Assembly: GCA_945898015.1 (NCBI GenBank)
Contig: CAMDGM010000018.1
Coordinates: forward strand, 4,522 to 68,521
Length of the DNA: 64,000 nt
DNA from: PVC group bacterium
Lineage (GTDB): Bacteria > Verrucomicrobiota > Kiritimatiellia > CAIKKV01
Reading direction: 5' to 3'
In this document: one piece after another, positions 62,352 to 64,000 of the stretch
How positions within the stretch are numbered: position 1 is the first letter of the stretch
Layout of the letters: each line of letters opens with the position of its first letter
Notes under the pieces: model-generated
Database searches by the model: none
What the model was told of the DNA's origin: nothing
What the model saw: the letters and a program-made list of their open reading frames with translations, nothing else
Made by a program: the position numbers and the translations under genes

Positions 62352-64000
62352 AACAAGCAGGCTGGTCAACAGGCTGATGGCATTCAATTTCCATGCCCGT
62401 TTTTGACGAAGCACAATTTGGTGTGCCCCTTGCGGCATCTGGACGGCGGCCCACAAGTCATTTGCCAGGTAAACGCGCGCCGGGATGTCATCTACATAGG
62501 CTTCGAGTTCAGGGCTGAAGGGCTCGTTGAAAATCAGGAGTCCAGGATGTTCTGCCGTGAGCCTCCCGTGTGTCGACAGTGCGAATGGCATTTTCCTCAT
62601 TTCATCAAACTGGACACGCTGAGCAACAACATTGGTGAGAGCTTCGGACCCGGTCGCAACATCGGCAACGGGCTTGTTCGGCTTGTCATTCTTCACTAAA
62701 TAGGGGATTTGTTCGCCAGCGGGAACAGGTCCGTTCCAGTCAAAATAGAGCGCGGGCAAGACGGGGAATCCGACAATTTCAGCAACCACAAGGCTCGATT
62801 CCGAGGGGTCGACGAGGCGGACCGTGCCGGGGCCGATTTCAAAATCGCACACGATGGAAAGAACCTTTTGCTGAACAAGAGGTTCTACGTTCTTTCGAGA
62901 CAGCAGAACGAACCGGCAGCCCGTAAGTTGCCAATACCGTATGGGGTCATTTCTCAATCCGGTGAACAGTCGGGACAGGGGCTCATCCTTTTTGTCGGGC
63001 TTCGGCATCATATTGGAGAAGCCATGGAGGTCCATGGCCATGCTGAACCAGTCCTGTTCGCCGGCATTGGAGGTTACAAAATTCATCACATTGGCCGGTT
63101 TGCCCTCTGTGCGTGCAAGCATGGCCGTCACAACGGCGTTGGCGGCATGGTGGGGCCCCACGTTGATTGGAATGACATGACGTCTGGCAACGCTGGCCAG
63201 GTCGATCGTGCTGAGGGCAATGGCCAAGGCGGCCATGAGGGTAACGCCTTTTGTCGATACGGTCTTGCGGCTGATGTAGAGAAAGCTGAGCATGGCCAAG
63301 CCGAGAACCACAGCCGATCGAATCAGGTTAGCTCCCGCATATTCGCGCAGGATGACGGCTAACGGTCCGAATCCCAGACTGGCAATATGCCGTTCAAGGG
63401 CGACGGCGTTGGCCTGAATCCAGGCAAAACCGATTATTAATCCAATTAGTCCGGTTGCGATGAAAAAGACAAACTTCTTCCGGGTCGTTAAAGGCAGGCT
63501 GTGCGCGCGGAGTAGGTATTCGATGCCATAGGCGGCCAGAAAGGCATTCGCTACTTCTACAAGGTGGTGGAACTTGACTGGAGCGCGCAGGTAGTTCATG
63601 AACGGCAGATGATAAACCAGTGAATAGATGGGCGTATATCGGCCTAGAGCGAACACGGCACAAACCACCCACGCGCCAATCCAGAACGGGACATCTGAAA
63701 AACAGGGAGCCTCGGGATCCTTTTCTTCCTTTTCGGACACGGGGAGCGCTTTCTTACGGGTCGCCAGCCAACACCAAATCCCAAACCAGGCAAAGAGAAC
63801 GGAGACGATCCCGAGATAGACGGTGTGCTGCCGATAATTGGGCATCATCTTCCCTTTTTGGAAGCCATAGGGCTGTCCCAATCGGCCCCAATATGGATAA
63901 GGGCGTTGGAATGAGTCGTTGCCGAATATCCCGGGGACAATGAATTCCAGCAGATCTTCCGGCGGCAAGCTCCAGTTTGTTGAGAAAATCCAGCGCTCCA
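62307..64000 (-). CDS. YfhO-like polytopic membrane protein (GT-C superfamily), N-terminus beyond the window
   Basis: The frame stays open to nt 64000, and the ORF-track M at 63968 is a TTG. The sequence is LEFIVPGIFGNDSF...YWGRLGQP...NYRQHTVYLGIVSVLFAWFGI, with multiple TM helices and a C-terminal soluble domain. It converges on paralogue 2 with a 45-nt overlap. Confidence 0.5.
   Translation of the reverse strand, partial: ERWIFSTNWSLPPEDLLEFIVPGIFGNDSFQRPYPYWGRLGQPYGFQKGKMMPNYRQHTVYLGIVSVLFAWFGIWCWLATRKKALPVSEKEEKDPEAPCFSDVPFWIGAWVVCAVFALGRYTPIYSLVYHLPFMNYLRAPVKFHHLVEVANAFLAAYGIEYLLRAHSLPLTTRKKFVFFIATGLIGLIIGFAWIQANAVALERHIASLGFGPLAVILREYAGANLIRSAVVLGLAMLSFLYISRKTVSTKGVTLMAALAIALSTIDLASVARRHVIPINVGPHHAANAVVTAMLARTEGKPANVMNFVTSNAGEQDWFSMAMDLHGFSNMMPKPDKKDEPLSRLFTGLRNDPIRYWQLTGCRFVLLSRKNVEPLVQQKVLSIVCDFEIGPGTVRLVDPSESSLVVAEIVGFPVLPALYFDWNGPVPAGEQIPYLVKNDKPNKPVADVATGSEALTNVVAQRVQFDEMRKMPFALSTHGRLTAEHPGLLIFNEPFSPELEAYVDDIPARVYLANDLWAAVQMPQGAHQIVLRQKRAWKLNAISLLTSLLVLGWCGVRLRSRPNN

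Overview
This is a high-GC chromosomal segment (roughly 60% by eye) from a diderm bacterium. The gene content would fit a PVC-type lineage (Verrucomicrobiota/Kiritimatiellota-like): a GxxExxY nuclease-family gene, a sigma-54 two-component pair, an alpha-2-macroglobulin/PbpC pair and a GTP-dependent PEPCK. I cannot verify the taxonomy.

Positions 1-36 kb are mostly housekeeping genes:
- a CHASE2 sensor fragment and a beta-helix membrane protein
- a FolM-like SDR plus folB
- a secreted S8 protease and a MurC-like ligase
- a gmd-rmd (GDP-D-rhamnose) operon
- rpsU, ptsN and recD2
- a block with a CsgG-like lipoprotein, a histidine kinase, an NtrC-type regulator, a TPR protein and GspL/M-like proteins
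- recN, kup, rmuC, a thioester alpha-2-macroglobulin, pbpC and pckG

Positions 36.8-64 kb form one large glycan-biosynthesis locus with mosaic base composition. It contains:
- GT4 and GT2 glycosyltransferases, SAM methyltransferases, a B12-binding radical SAM enzyme and a flippase
- an RmlC-like epimerase fused to an NDP-hexose C-methyltransferase
- the CDP-3,6-dideoxyhexose genes rfbF, rfbG and rfbH
- two acetolactate-synthase-like ThDP enzymes flanking a DmpF/DmpG-type acetaldehyde dehydrogenase/aldolase pair
- SDR reductases
- a GtrB/GtrA module followed by two tandem paralogous polytopic (GT-C-like) proteins and a convergent YfhO-like gene

The most interesting observations are:
1. The rfbFGH genes combined with two ThDP enzymes and a DmpFG pair predict an unusual C-branched, possibly chain-extended, dideoxy sugar.
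2. A 5-copy, roughly 50-bp tandem repeat and an inverted motif bracket a GxxExxY gene inserted between rfbG and rfbH.
3. A repeat of about 160 nt and about 92% identity sits in the same relative orientation upstream of kup and pckG. The two copies are inverted on the chromosome and bracket 14 kb.

I recognised no rRNA, tRNA or CRISPR array. All calls rest on reading the translated ORFs and the DNA by eye. Start codons are often uncertain by a few codons.
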